Shown here: positions 30,978 to 40,486 of the stretch, piece after piece
Position numbering within the stretch: the stretch's first letter is position 1
Layout: every line of letters starts with the position of its first letter
Origin: an uncultured delta proteobacterium
GTDB lineage: Bacteria; Desulfobacterota; Zymogenia; Zymogenales; Zymogenaceae
Length of the DNA: 64,000 nucleotides
Direction: 5' to 3'
NCBI GenBank assembly: GCA_963792965.1
Contig: CAWBYW010000007.1
Coordinates: 640,001 to 704,000 of the forward strand
The notes under the pieces: generated by a model
The model's database searches: none
What the model saw: only the letters and a program-made list of their open reading frames with translations
What the model was told of the DNA's origin: nothing
Made by a program: the position numbers and the translations under genes

Positions 30978-32144
30978 ATGTTTACTGACTTCTTCTTTGA
31001 GCTCAAGGCCGCGGGCGTCCCGGTGACGCTCCACGAATGGATCGCCCTGCACGAGGCGCTGGCCAAGAACCTGAATTTCGCAAGCCTCGACCACTTTTAC
31101 GGCGTCGCGCGGGCGATCCTCATCAAGGATGAATCTCTTTTCGATAAGTATGACGTCGCCTTCGCCTCATATTTCAAAGGGATCCAGACGCCCGACGAGA
31201 TCATAGACGAGATCCTCAAGGGCCTCAAGAAGGTCGACGCGCTGGCCCTGACCCCTGAGGAGATGGCGCTGCTTTCGGCGCTGGATCTTGAGCAGGTCCG
31301 GGCGAACTTCGAGCGGCAGTGGCGTGAGGGCCACTACAAGGACCACTCCGGCGGCAACCGGGCCATCGGGACGGGTGGCACCTCCACCCAGGGCGCCTTC
31401 GGCTACCATCCGACGGGCATCCGCATCGGGCAGGGGGTATCGCGCTATCGACGCGCGATACAGGTCGCCGAGGAGCGCCGCTTCAAGAACTACGCGTCCG
31501 ACGTGATCCTCGATACGAGAAACATGCGTGTCGCCCTCTCACGGCTCCGGACGCTGCTGCCCGAGGGGTCGGAGGACGAGCTCTCGCTTGAGAAGACGAT
31601 CGATAAGACGGCACGAAACGCGGGGGAGATCGATCTCGTCTGGCAGAAGAGCCTCACCAACGCCGCGAAGGTGATCCTGTTGATGGACGCCGGTGGCTCA
31701 ATGGACTCGTACGTCGATCTGGCCAGTCGGCTCTTTTCGGCCGCCAAGGCCCAGATCAGGGACCTGAAATATTTCTACTTTCATAACTGCATCTACCAGG
31801 ACATTTACACGGATATGCGGCGCCGGTCCTCCTTACCGACCCACGATTTCCTCACCAAGTTCGGCCCGGAGTATAAGTGCATCGTGCTGGGGGACGCCGA
31901 CATGGGGCCGACCGAGCTCCTGAACCGGAACGGGGCGATCCACTATTTCTACTATAACGACGTCCCGGGGATAGAGTGGCTGCGTCGCGTCAAGGATCAC
32001 TTCAGGAAGACGATCTGGCTCAACCCTCAGCCCGCCCGCGTCTGGCCCGTGACGGATACGATCCCAATGGTGGAAGAGATTTTCCCGATGTACGAGCTCT
32101 CCATCGACGGCCTGACCGACGGCATCCGACGGCTCATGCGCTAA
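30978..32144 (+). CDS. VWA-domain (CoxE-like) partner protein
   Basis: LMDAGGSMD (MIDAS-like), FYFHNCIY, GDADM.P.E, WLNP. Confidence 0.85.
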   Translation: MFTDFFFELKAAGVPVTLHEWIALHEALAKNLNFASLDHFYGVARAILIKDESLFDKYDVAFASYFKGIQTPDEIIDEILKGLKKVDALALTPEEMALLSALDLEQVRANFERQWREGHYKDHSGGNRAIGTGGTSTQGAFGYHPTGIRIGQGVSRYRRAIQVAEERRFKNYASDVILDTRNMRVALSRLRTLLPEGSEDELSLEKTIDKTARNAGEIDLVWQKSLTNAAKVILLMDAGGSMDSYVDLASRLFSAAKAQIRDLKYFYFHNCIYQDIYTDMRRRSSLPTHDFLTKFGPEYKCIVLGDADMGPTELLNRNGAIHYFYYNDVPGIEWLRRVKDHFRKTIWLNPQPARVWPVTDTIPMVEEIFPMYELSIDGLTDGIRRLMR

Positions 32145-32280
32145 CCCAACCCGTTAACTTAAGAACCGGCGTTTCACTTCATCAGGCGCCGCTGAAAAAG
32201 CGGGGCCGCCGGATAGGACACGAAATGCCCCTCTGTTGCGATGGCGGGGCGCGAACGTTAGAGTATCCACGACCCGCTGA

Positions 32281-32823
32281 TTAGTCTTTCTTGTTCTCAA
32301 AGACGCACGCCGGATCCCCCTTTGCCACACACTGGGTTTCCACGATTCGCATCTCGCCAAATCCTCCCGCATGACACATCGCTTCAAACGCGCCCGCCAG
32401 GAAATCGCAGACCGACACCTTTGAGCTATCGGCAAACCGTATGACGAAAGGGGAAAAAGACGCCCGGCACAGGAAGATGCCCTCTTTACCGTCTATTTTC
32501 TCAACCTCACCAAACGACCAGCCCCTCTTACCGCCGCTCTTCGTGTAGTGCCTCACGAGCTCTTCGCCCCCAAGGCCGAGCTTCTCGATCATGGACTGGG
32601 AGACCTTGTACGCCGCCTCGTAGCCGGCCCGGCGCATGAAGACTTTTGCCAGGTTAATGCCGCCGATATCCGCGGCGGCGCGGATCATGTCGCTGAAGGT
32701 ATCCTGCGGGGTGAGGACAAAACGCTTTCCGAGATAGGTCAACATCCCCTCGTCATCAAGCAGTATATTCTTCTTCAGCTCTTCCAGATCCGCAGGACTA
32801 TTGACTCGTTTTCCATCGGCCAT
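32281..32823 (-). CDS. Stand-alone V4R (4-vinyl reductase) domain protein
   Basis: RGW, VCDFLAGAF, ETQCVAKGDPACVF. Confidence 0.8.
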   Translation of the reverse strand: MADGKRVNSPADLEELKKNILLDDEGMLTYLGKRFVLTPQDTFSDMIRAAADIGGINLAKVFMRRAGYEAAYKVSQSMIEKLGLGGEELVRHYTKSGGKRGWSFGEVEKIDGKEGIFLCRASFSPFVIRFADSSKVSVCDFLAGAFEAMCHAGGFGEMRIVETQCVAKGDPACVFENKKD

Positions 32824-33361
32824 GATACGATCTCCTTTGTCATGAGGTAGGCTGTCCCTCCATCGGGAGGTGATATGGTATCGGTCCTTACGTCCCGATC
32901 GTTAGGTGGACTGAAGGAAAAGCGGGGGTGCGGCCCCGACTTAATAGAAATGACGGAAGTCCTGACACGGATGCATAAATATTTTATATTGTAAACTTTA
33001 GCTATTCGCCTTCATAATATAGTACGCCTTTAGGCGATGCAAGTAATTTATTATTACGTCGTCCGTTTATCCCCGGGACCTCGATACGCCCTTCCGAGCG
33101 TCGGAGCCAGGGCGAATCTTCCAATTTGCTCAGATTTCGGCGTTTACGAGACCTCGGCCACTGCTCACCGCTACCGAGTATGCCTGATCGGGGCTCCTTC
33201 GTCCCCGGTAGTGCCCCGGGTGAGGAAAAGGACCCCGGAAGACAAACGTGTCGGGTCAGTTTATGACGATGTCTTTGACAACCGGCCTCGATCCCCCATA
33301 TAATACTTGTGCAGGAAACTCATTGGAGACACCCTCTGAAAGTGCGTGGAGAGGATACGAT

Positions 33362-34540
33362 TTGGTACATTCTCGACATAAAGATATCGACCCCCGCGCC
33401 TCGATAGCGGGGCTGTTTCTTTCTTTTCTCAGGCTGGGCGCCACGGCCTTCGGGGGGCCGGCCATGGTGGCCAATGTCCGTGCAATGGCCGTCGAGAAGA
33501 AGGGATGGCTCACCGAGGAATCGTTTCGTCAGGGAGTGGCCCTGTGCCAGACGATCCCCGGGGCGACGGCCATGCAGAGTTGCGCCTACGTGGGCCTGAG
33601 GGTGCGCGGCGTACCGGGGGCCCTGGCGTGCTTCGCGGGATTCGGCCTGCCGGCCTTCATCATCATGATGGGACTTTCGGCCTTGTATGTGCGCGCGAGT
33701 TCCCTGCCCGCGGCGGTCTCGATATTCAACGGGCTTCGGGTGATAACCGTCGCCATTGTCGCCCATTCTTTCATATCGTTCGGCAGAGCCTATCTGAAAA
33801 AGTGGAGCGATAGCATCATCGCCCTTATTGCCGCAGGCATATTCGGATTGGAGGTGAACCCGATCCTCGTGATACTGTTGGCCGGCCTTCTGGGGATGTT
33901 GTTCTATCGCCAAGAAACGATCCCGCAAGGGATTCACGGGACGGCAGGTGACTCCCGGAATCGCAGATACCTGTTGGCGATCCTGCTCTCGGCGACGATC
34001 GGATATCTCATCCTCTTCATCGTCCACCGGAAGCTCTTCGACATCGGCGTCCTCATGCTCAGGATAGACCTCTTTGCCTTCGGGGGAGGATTCGCCTCGG
34101 TGCCCCTCCTCTTTCACGAGGTGGTCGACGTCCGCTCCTGGATGGACGGCCCCACGTTTCTGAACGGAATAGCGATGGGACAGATCACCCCCGGCCCGAT
34201 AGTGGTGACGGCGACGTTCGTGGGCTACCTGATGTACGGCGTCATGGGGGCAATCGTGGCCACGGTCAGCATTTTCTTGCCCTCGATCCTGCTCCTCATT
34301 GGGATCGTCCCCTATTTTGACCGGTTGCGCGCCTCCTCCTACTTCAACAGGGCCGTTGAGGGTATACTCTTTTCTTTCGTCGGGCTGCTGTTGATCGTCA
34401 CGATTCGGTTTGCCTTGTACATCCCCTGGGATACCTATCGAGTGGTCCTGGTTCTGGCGGCCTTTGTCGCCCTCCTTCTCAGGGTTGATATCGTCTGGGT
34501 CGTCCTTATAGGGACAGTGGTCTCTTGGATCATATTATGA
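33362..34540 (+). CDS. chrA: Chromate efflux transporter (long-chain CHR)
   Basis: FLRLGATAFGG, QTIPG, FGGGFA, GQITPGPI. Probable TTG start after GAGAGG. Confidence 0.9.
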   Translation: MVHSRHKDIDPRASIAGLFLSFLRLGATAFGGPAMVANVRAMAVEKKGWLTEESFRQGVALCQTIPGATAMQSCAYVGLRVRGVPGALACFAGFGLPAFIIMMGLSALYVRASSLPAAVSIFNGLRVITVAIVAHSFISFGRAYLKKWSDSIIALIAAGIFGLEVNPILVILLAGLLGMLFYRQETIPQGIHGTAGDSRNRRYLLAILLSATIGYLILFIVHRKLFDIGVLMLRIDLFAFGGGFASVPLLFHEVVDVRSWMDGPTFLNGIAMGQITPGPIVVTATFVGYLMYGVMGAIVATVSIFLPSILLLIGIVPYFDRLRASSYFNRAVEGILFSFVGLLLIVTIRFALYIPWDTYRVVLVLAAFVALLLRVDIVWVVLIGTVVSWIIL

Positions 34541-34660
34541 TTCGATGTCTCCCCGCCCGGAATAGAGACTCCTTCCTTGTGCGCCAGTCGGGGGCCGAGC
34601 TATAACCACTCATTAAAAAGAAACAATAAAGATACATTCCCCTGCTCCGTAAGAAAGTGC

Positions 34661-34697
34661 TTGACAGATGACGACTACTTTGCTATATTACCAAATA
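34661..34697 (+). promoter_or_regulatory. arsR promoter with overlapping putative ArsR operator
   Basis: TTGACA-N17-TATATT; imperfect palindrome TTTGCTATATTACCAAA over the -10 box. Confidence 0.65.
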
Positions 34698-35044
34698 TGC
34701 TAATAGATTCTAAAAAGATGGAAGCACAAAACAGAGCATATCTCGAGGTCAAGTCCCGTATCTTCAAGGCGCTCGGCCACCCGACAAGACTCTTTATCGT
34801 CGAGCAGCTGGCACAAAAAGAACGGTGTGTAAACGAGCTGACGGAAATGGTGGGGTCGGACATGTCGACCATCTCCAAGCATCTTTCGATTCTCAAGAAC
34901 GCTTACATAATCCAGGACAGCAAGAAAGGGAACCACGTATTCTACTCCTTGAGCATGCCGTGTGTTCTCAACCTGTTCGGCTGTGTCGATACCGTCATCA
35001 AGTCCGTGGTCGAAGAACAGAGGGGCTGGGTTGCTGAGAGATAA
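34697..35044 (+). CDS. arsR: ArsR/SmtB-family regulator (alternative start 34718)
   Basis: FKALGHPTRL, ERCVNEL, STISKHLSILK, PCV...GC. Confidence 0.9.
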   Translation: MLIDSKKMEAQNRAYLEVKSRIFKALGHPTRLFIVEQLAQKERCVNELTEMVGSDMSTISKHLSILKNAYIIQDSKKGNHVFYSLSMPCVLNLFGCVDTVIKSVVEEQRGWVAER

Positions 35045-35066
35045 AGGGATTCTTTTTTGCTTAAAT

Positions 35067-35090
35067 GTGGCTATTTAGCCAAATAGCCAC
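35067..35090. promoter_or_regulatory. Second putative ArsR operator / inverted repeat before the permease
   Basis: GTGGCTATTT-AGCC-AAATAGCCAC, perfect 10-bp arms; resembles the site at 34676-34697. Confidence 0.6.
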
Positions 35091-35128
35091 GTAGTTGGCT
35101 CTTTAAGATATTTTTCGGAGGCGACTGG

Positions 35129-36076
35129 GTGTTCAAGTACATTGCCGACAGGCTGGTGTATGGCCTGCTGCACATAGCGCCGGACACGATGCTCGGCGGG
35201 GCCCTCAACTTTTTCTTCTACGACACGATGAAGATCTTTTTCCTGCTCATCGTGATTATTTATGTCGTGGCGGTCATTCGATCCTTCTTCCCGCCGGAGC
35301 GGGCGCGCCGCCTCCTGGGAAACCGGCGTGAATACGCCGGCAACTTTCTTGCGGCCCTGCTCGGCATCGTAACGCCGTTTTGCTCCTGCTCGGCGGTGCC
35401 GATGTTCATCGGCTTCGTCGAGGCGGGCCTGCCGCTCGGCGTTACGTTCTCGTTTCTTATTTCTTCGCCCACCGTCAACGAGGTCGCCCTCGTGATGCTC
35501 TGGGGACTTTTCGGATGGAAGATAGCGCTCCTCTATATCGCCACGGGCGTCACCCTGGCCTTTTTGAGCGGTATCCTCATCGGGAAGCTGAATCTCGAAA
35601 ACCAGGTCGAAGACTACGTCTATAAGATTCGTATGGGCCAAAGCGAGACCGCGGCCCTCACGTGGCGCGACCGCTCAAGCTATGCGTTTGGATATGTGTA
35701 CGACATCCTGAAGCGGGTCTGGCTCTTCGTGCTCATCGGCATCGCCATCGGCGCCTGGATTCATGGCTACGCGCCGATTGACTTCGTCGTGAAATATGCC
35801 GGGGCGGACAACCCCCTGGCCGTGCCGATTGCCGTGCTAATCGCCATACCGCTCTATTCCAACGCGGCCGGCACCATTCCTATCGTCCAGGCGCTGGTGG
35901 AAAAAGGCATGCCGATAGGGACGGCGCTCGCGTTCATGATGGCGATCGTCGCCATCTCCGTCCCGGAGATGGTGATCCTGCGCAAAGTGATAAAGCCCAA
36001 ACTGATCGCTATCTTTGTGGGCATTGTGTCCATTGCGATTATTATTATTGGATATCTATTCAACGCCGTCTTATGA
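35129..36076 (+). CDS. arsP: ArsP-family (DUF318) permease
   Basis: FFFYDT.K, TPFCSCSAVPMF, ISSP.VNE, PLYSNAAG. Confidence 0.88.
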   Translation: MFKYIADRLVYGLLHIAPDTMLGGALNFFFYDTMKIFFLLIVIIYVVAVIRSFFPPERARRLLGNRREYAGNFLAALLGIVTPFCSCSAVPMFIGFVEAGLPLGVTFSFLISSPTVNEVALVMLWGLFGWKIALLYIATGVTLAFLSGILIGKLNLENQVEDYVYKIRMGQSETAALTWRDRSSYAFGYVYDILKRVWLFVLIGIAIGAWIHGYAPIDFVVKYAGADNPLAVPIAVLIAIPLYSNAAGTIPIVQALVEKGMPIGTALAFMMAIVAISVPEMVILRKVIKPKLIAIFVGIVSIAIIIIGYLFNAVL

Positions 36077-36108
36077 GAACTGGATAATGAAGCAGAAAGG
36101 AGTAAGCA

Positions 36109-36343
36109 ATGAAGAAAATACAGATACTCGGCATGGGCTGTGCCAACTGCAAACGGCTGGAAAAGAACGCGCGAACGGCCGTCGAAGAGCTCGGCATCAA
36201 ATGCGAGGTAGAGAAAGTAGAAGACATTGAAAAGATCATGTCGTTTGGCGTGATGGCGACCCCGGGCCTGGCCGTGGACGGCAAGGTCGTATCGGCGGGC
36301 GAAGCTGCTGACACCCGACGAGATCAAGGAGTTTCTGAAGTAG
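36109..36343 (+). CDS. Small thioredoxin-family protein (MTH895/ArsE-like), extra base at ~36301
   Basis: ILGMGCANC, GVMATPGLAVDGKVVSAG. Removing one base restores KLLTPDEIKEFLK-stop. Confidence 0.85.
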
Positions 36344-36422
36344 GCGACCGCCGGCAAACACGTTCGGTATTCGACACACGCACAAGGCAGACTCGTAACA
36401 TCTATTGTTGGAGGAATATTCC

Positions 36423-36803
36423 ATGAGTTCGAAAAATGATTGTCAATGTTCAACTGCCCCTAAACTGATCTTCCCCTGCTCCGGGGCCGCGGACGTTGGG
36501 GGAATTGCCGACCAGGCAGGGCGGAAGCTATCCCGTGAAGGCATCGGAAACATGTTCTGCCTCGCTGGAATCGGCGGCGGGGTCTCTGGGATGATCGAAT
36601 CGACAAAGGCCGCCTCGGCGGTCCTTGCCATCGACGGCTGCCCCATTGACTGCGCTAAAAAGACGCTGGAGAAGGCGGGCATCACCGATTTTGTCCATCT
36701 CAGGGTCACCGACCACGGAATGAAAAAGGGAGAGTCTCCCGTTACCGACGAGAGTATTGATAATATCGCAGATAGGGGCGCGGCCCTCCTTATGGGTCGT
36801 TGA
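36423..36803 (+). CDS. DGC-domain putative zinc-binding protein
   Basis: IFPCSGAADVG, MFCLAGIG, IDGCPIDCAK. Confidence 0.88.
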   Translation: MSSKNDCQCSTAPKLIFPCSGAADVGGIADQAGRKLSREGIGNMFCLAGIGGGVSGMIESTKAASAVLAIDGCPIDCAKKTLEKAGITDFVHLRVTDHGMKKGESPVTDESIDNIADRGAALLMGR

Positions 36804-37022
36804 CAGATACGCCTTTCGCGAATAACGATGCCCCATATGTTCATTATACCGGCGTGTCTGTAATCTTGGCAGGCAATCGTCTTCGCTCACGGTCCGGACG
36901 CGCCCAAGAACTTTCGGGCGACTCTGAATCGACCCGGACGTAGCGGCGCAAGGGAGACACGGCCGGCGTCCCGTAGTCCCACATGGGTCACCGTTTTTGT
37001 GAACAAAGCAAAGGAGAAGAAG

Positions 37023-37649
37023 ATGAAAACACAATTCGTACCGCCGGGATGGGCATTTGACTTTCATGGGCATCGCTGTCCTTTCATGCCGATCGGCTAC
37101 CGGATGGGGATGCTGGCAATGGAGAAACTCGGGATCGAGCGCGAGAAGGATCACGGCTTCTTCATATTCCCCGAGATGGGAGAAGGCCATCCGCAGAGCT
37201 GCATCATGGACGGCATGCAGGCGGCGACCGGCGCAACCTACGGTAAGGCCCTGATGGCCAAAACCTTTTACGGCAAACTGGCCGCGACCTTTTATCACCC
37301 CAAGAAAGGGGCCGTCCGCTTTTCTCTCACCCCGGCATTTCTGGACGCGATGGGCAAATTCGAGTTCTTCGCATACCGCAAGCGTGGCGTGGAGCCGTCG
37401 GGCATCCCTTCTGTGGTCGGCGATGAAGTCATCGACTGGATCGCCGAGCAACCGGACGACGCGATCTTTAAGGTCGAGGATAAACCGGACTTCACCTATA
37501 CGCCGGTGAAGGGTTCGTTCAACAAGACGCTCTGTACTGAATGCGGGGAATATGTATTCGATCGGTTCGTACGTATCAAAGACGGCAAGCCCTTTTGCAT
37601 ACCCTGCTCCGGATATCAAAAAACGGTCAAGCGTGAGAGCGGGGCATGA
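37023..37649 (+). CDS. FmdE-family protein with C-terminal zinc finger
   Basis: FHGHRCP, CIMDGMQAATGATYGK, GKLAATF, CTECGE...CIPC. Confidence 0.85.
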   Translation: MKTQFVPPGWAFDFHGHRCPFMPIGYRMGMLAMEKLGIEREKDHGFFIFPEMGEGHPQSCIMDGMQAATGATYGKALMAKTFYGKLAATFYHPKKGAVRFSLTPAFLDAMGKFEFFAYRKRGVEPSGIPSVVGDEVIDWIAEQPDDAIFKVEDKPDFTYTPVKGSFNKTLCTECGEYVFDRFVRIKDGKPFCIPCSGYQKTVKRESGA

Positions 37650-38389
37650 CGGCGGTTATTGCGGGGATCATCACCTTTGCCTTTACGACCCTGCTCACCA
37701 TCGCAGGCGTGGGAGCGGCCTTCATCCTGATTCCCGTTTTTATTGCGCTTGGGATCGAGCTCCACGCGGCGATGGCGACGGCCCTGCTGCTGAACTCAAT
37801 CAGTATGTCGGTCGCCTCTGTCAATTTCATCAGACGCAAGCTGGTCGTATGGCGAATCGCAATTCCGATTCTCATCATCGCCAGCGCGCTCTCTCCCATC
37901 GGCGCGCGAGTGAGCCAGCAGCTTGACAAAAACCTGCTGCTCTGGATGTTTGTGGGCTTCCTGGTCTTCGCGGCGGCAATGATGCTCTTTTACACTCCCA
38001 GACTGAGGGAGAGCTCTTACAAAACGGGGACGCTTCTGGGGGTGGGAATGAGCGTCGGCGGCGTTGCCGGGTTTCTGGGCGGGCTGCTCGGCGTTGGCGG
38101 TGGAAACTTCATCGTGCCGGCGCTGGTGGGATTTGGATTTGATCCGAAGAAAGCCTCGGCAACCACCGCATTCGTGGTGATCTTTGCGTCATTCGCGGGC
38201 TTCCTGGGGCATGTGACGCTCGGCGGCATGAACTACCTATTGCTCGGCTTGACCGCGATCGGCTCTGCCGCCGGGGCCGCTCTCGGGTCGTATCTGATGT
38301 CTGATAAGCTCAAGGGAAGACAGGTCAAAATCATCATCGGCCTCGTGTTGATCGGCATCGCCGTCAAGATGATCTGGGATCTTCTGTAA
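37646..38389 (+). CDS. TauE/SafE (sulfite exporter / TSUP) family membrane protein
   Basis: GVGAAFILIP, GLLGVGGG.FIVP, about 8 TM helices; ATGA overlap with fmdE. Confidence 0.85.
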   Translation: MTAVIAGIITFAFTTLLTIAGVGAAFILIPVFIALGIELHAAMATALLLNSISMSVASVNFIRRKLVVWRIAIPILIIASALSPIGARVSQQLDKNLLLWMFVGFLVFAAAMMLFYTPRLRESSYKTGTLLGVGMSVGGVAGFLGGLLGVGGGNFIVPALVGFGFDPKKASATTAFVVIFASFAGFLGHVTLGGMNYLLLGLTAIGSAAGAALGSYLMSDKLKGRQVKIIIGLVLIGIAVKMIWDLL

Positions 38390-38486
38390 TGTATTGGACA
38401 TGCCGCGCCGAAACGGATAAGCGTGCTGAAAAACAATATGAATACGGTAATAGGAAAGCTGAATCGGGTGACAAAGGAGATAACGC

Positions 38487-38925
38487 ATGGAAACAAAACC
38501 TGAGAATCGAATAAACAAGCCCCGGATTTCTTCCGTGGTTAAGATTATCCTTTTGGTATTGGTTGTATTCGTGGCGGCAGGTGTGTTATACATCTCTGCA
38601 ATACGGCCCGGCGTAATTGGCCGACACCGCCGTCGCCCGTGATTCGCTTCCCGTCCTCGTGGACCTGGGCGCGGACAGGTGTATACCCTGCAAGATGATG
38701 GCGCCGATTCTTGAGGAACTCAGAAAGGAATACAAGGGTAAGCTTGAGGTTGTCTTTTATGATGTATGGAAAGACCCCGCTCCCGCCGATAAATTCAAAA
38801 TATACGGCATTCCGACACAGATATTCCTTGATGAAACCGGAAAGGAGCTGTATCGTCACGCAGGCTATTTCTCAAAAGAAGAAATACTGCGTAAATGGAA
38901 AGAGTTAGGCTATGATTTTCAATAG
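38487..38925 (+). CDS. Membrane-anchored thioredoxin (indel near 38615)
   Basis: AAGGAG RBS, then METKPEN...a TM helix; next frame VDLGADRCIPCKMM...IPTQIF..YRHAG. Confidence 0.8.
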
Positions 38926-39052
38926 GAACCGGTGTCCCGCGGGAAAGAGATATGTTCTTTCAAAAGACGTATACGTCGTGCTGTGATGAGACAGGCAACA
39001 AACGAAACGCGGTAGTACCGTACCGCTCTTACATCTGAGGAGTTGTTAGTTC

Positions 39053-39662
39053 ATGAAACCAAAGACCGTCGTCACCATAATCCTGCTGCTTTTCGTCGCG
39101 GCCAGCGTCGCCTACCTTGTTGTGGGAGAACGCGGAGGGCAAACCAAAAGCCGAGACCATTCCCTCCGGGTCCGCCCTGACCGATCCCGTTCCTAACAAT
39201 TCTGTCGATACTAATAGCTCTCGTGGGACGCCTCCGGCTGTCGCTTCTCCGGCGGACACATCGTCAGAGGGTAGAACCCCCCCGAGTAACCGCGTACCGC
39301 CGGCGACAGTGTCTCCCGACACCTATGTCGTCGTTTACTATTTCCACGGCTACTATCGCTGTATGACCTGCCGGACGATCGAGATGTACACGCGGGAGGC
39401 CGTCAACGAGGCCTTTCTCAAGGAGCTCGGCGACGGCAGCCTTCACCTGCGCGTTCTCAACATGCAGGATCCGGTCAATGAGGCATATGTGAAGGACTTC
39501 AAATTGGAGTACTACGTCGTCGTGCTTGAGAAGGTGGTTAATGGCAAACGGGTCGAATGGAAGAAGCTCGAGGGGGTGTGGGACCTCCTCAAGGATAAGG
39601 ACGCGTTCAAGAAATACGTCGTAAGCGAGACACGGGACTACCTGAAGGGAATTAACCAATGA
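39053..39662 (+). CDS. arsF: ArsF-family thioredoxin-like protein (indel at ~39120-39190)
   Basis: GAGGAG RBS, MKPKTVVTIILLLFVAASVAYLV anchor; next frame VYYFHGYYRCMTCRTIE...WKKLEGVW. Confidence 0.75.
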
Positions 39663-40351
39663 CGGACCTTATCATTGCCGTCGCTTCCGCCTTCTGGCTG
39701 GGGATACTCACCACCGTCAGCCCCTGTCCCCTGGCGACCAATGTCGCCGCCGTATCGTATGTTGGGAGAAACGTCACAAGCTCATGGAAGGTCTTTTTTT
39801 CCGGCCTTCTCTACACACTGGGGAGAACGACGGTCTATGTTATCATCGGGGTGATCCTGGTCAAGAGCCTGCTTACGGCCGTGAATCTATCTTTGTTTCT
39901 CCAAAACCATGTCAACCAGATACTTGGCCCCATCCTCGTCGTTGTGGGTATGGTCCTGGTCGGGTTGATCAATTTTAACATCTCCGGGTTTGGCCAGAGC
40001 AAGCGGCTCGAGCGATGGGTTGACGCCTTGGGCTTGGGAGGGGCGTTCCTCCTGGGGGCGGTCTTTGCGCTCTCGTTCTGCCCGGTCTCGGCGGCGCTGT
40101 TTTTCGGGAGCCTGATTCCCGTTGCAGTGGCCAGCGGATCGGTCCTAATCGTCCCCTCCGCCTACGGGGCGGCAACGGGCCTGCCGGTGCTGGTTTTCGC
40201 GGTGCTGTTGGCCGCCGGGGTAAAACAAATCACCCCTGTATTCGACAAGATCGTCCGTTACGAGATATGGATCAGGCGTATCACCGGCATCGTTTTCATC
40301 CTCGTGGGAATCTATTATTCCCTCGTATACATCTTTCGGATCTATGGTTGA
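39659..40351 (+). CDS. arsG: ArsG-family / CcdA-like membrane protein
   Basis: LGILTTVSPCPLATNVAA, YTLGR, ALSFCPVSAALFFG. Confidence 0.8.
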   Translation: MTDLIIAVASAFWLGILTTVSPCPLATNVAAVSYVGRNVTSSWKVFFSGLLYTLGRTTVYVIIGVILVKSLLTAVNLSLFLQNHVNQILGPILVVVGMVLVGLINFNISGFGQSKRLERWVDALGLGGAFLLGAVFALSFCPVSAALFFGSLIPVAVASGSVLIVPSAYGAATGLPVLVFAVLLAAGVKQITPVFDKIVRYEIWIRRITGIVFILVGIYYSLVYIFRIYG

Positions 40352-40486
40352 AGGTATATAATACGGGCACGCGGGTCGGCAGTGGCGTCTAATAAGCCCA
40401 ACAAGAACCGCAAAAATCCGATCGTCCATCGATCGCTGCCATAAGGTGTATTGCTTTTGTCATTTACCGGTTAATAGGAGAATGGC

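Noticed and set aside
32824-33361. Possible riboswitch or insertion boundary before chrA
   Set aside because: An AT-rich promoter-like patch only; no recognisable aptamer, tRNA, att repeat or integrase.
36109-40351. Further Sec codons in the thioredoxin, DGC, ArsF and ArsG genes
   Set aside because: All redox motifs use TGC/TGT; the TGA codons are at normal gene ends.
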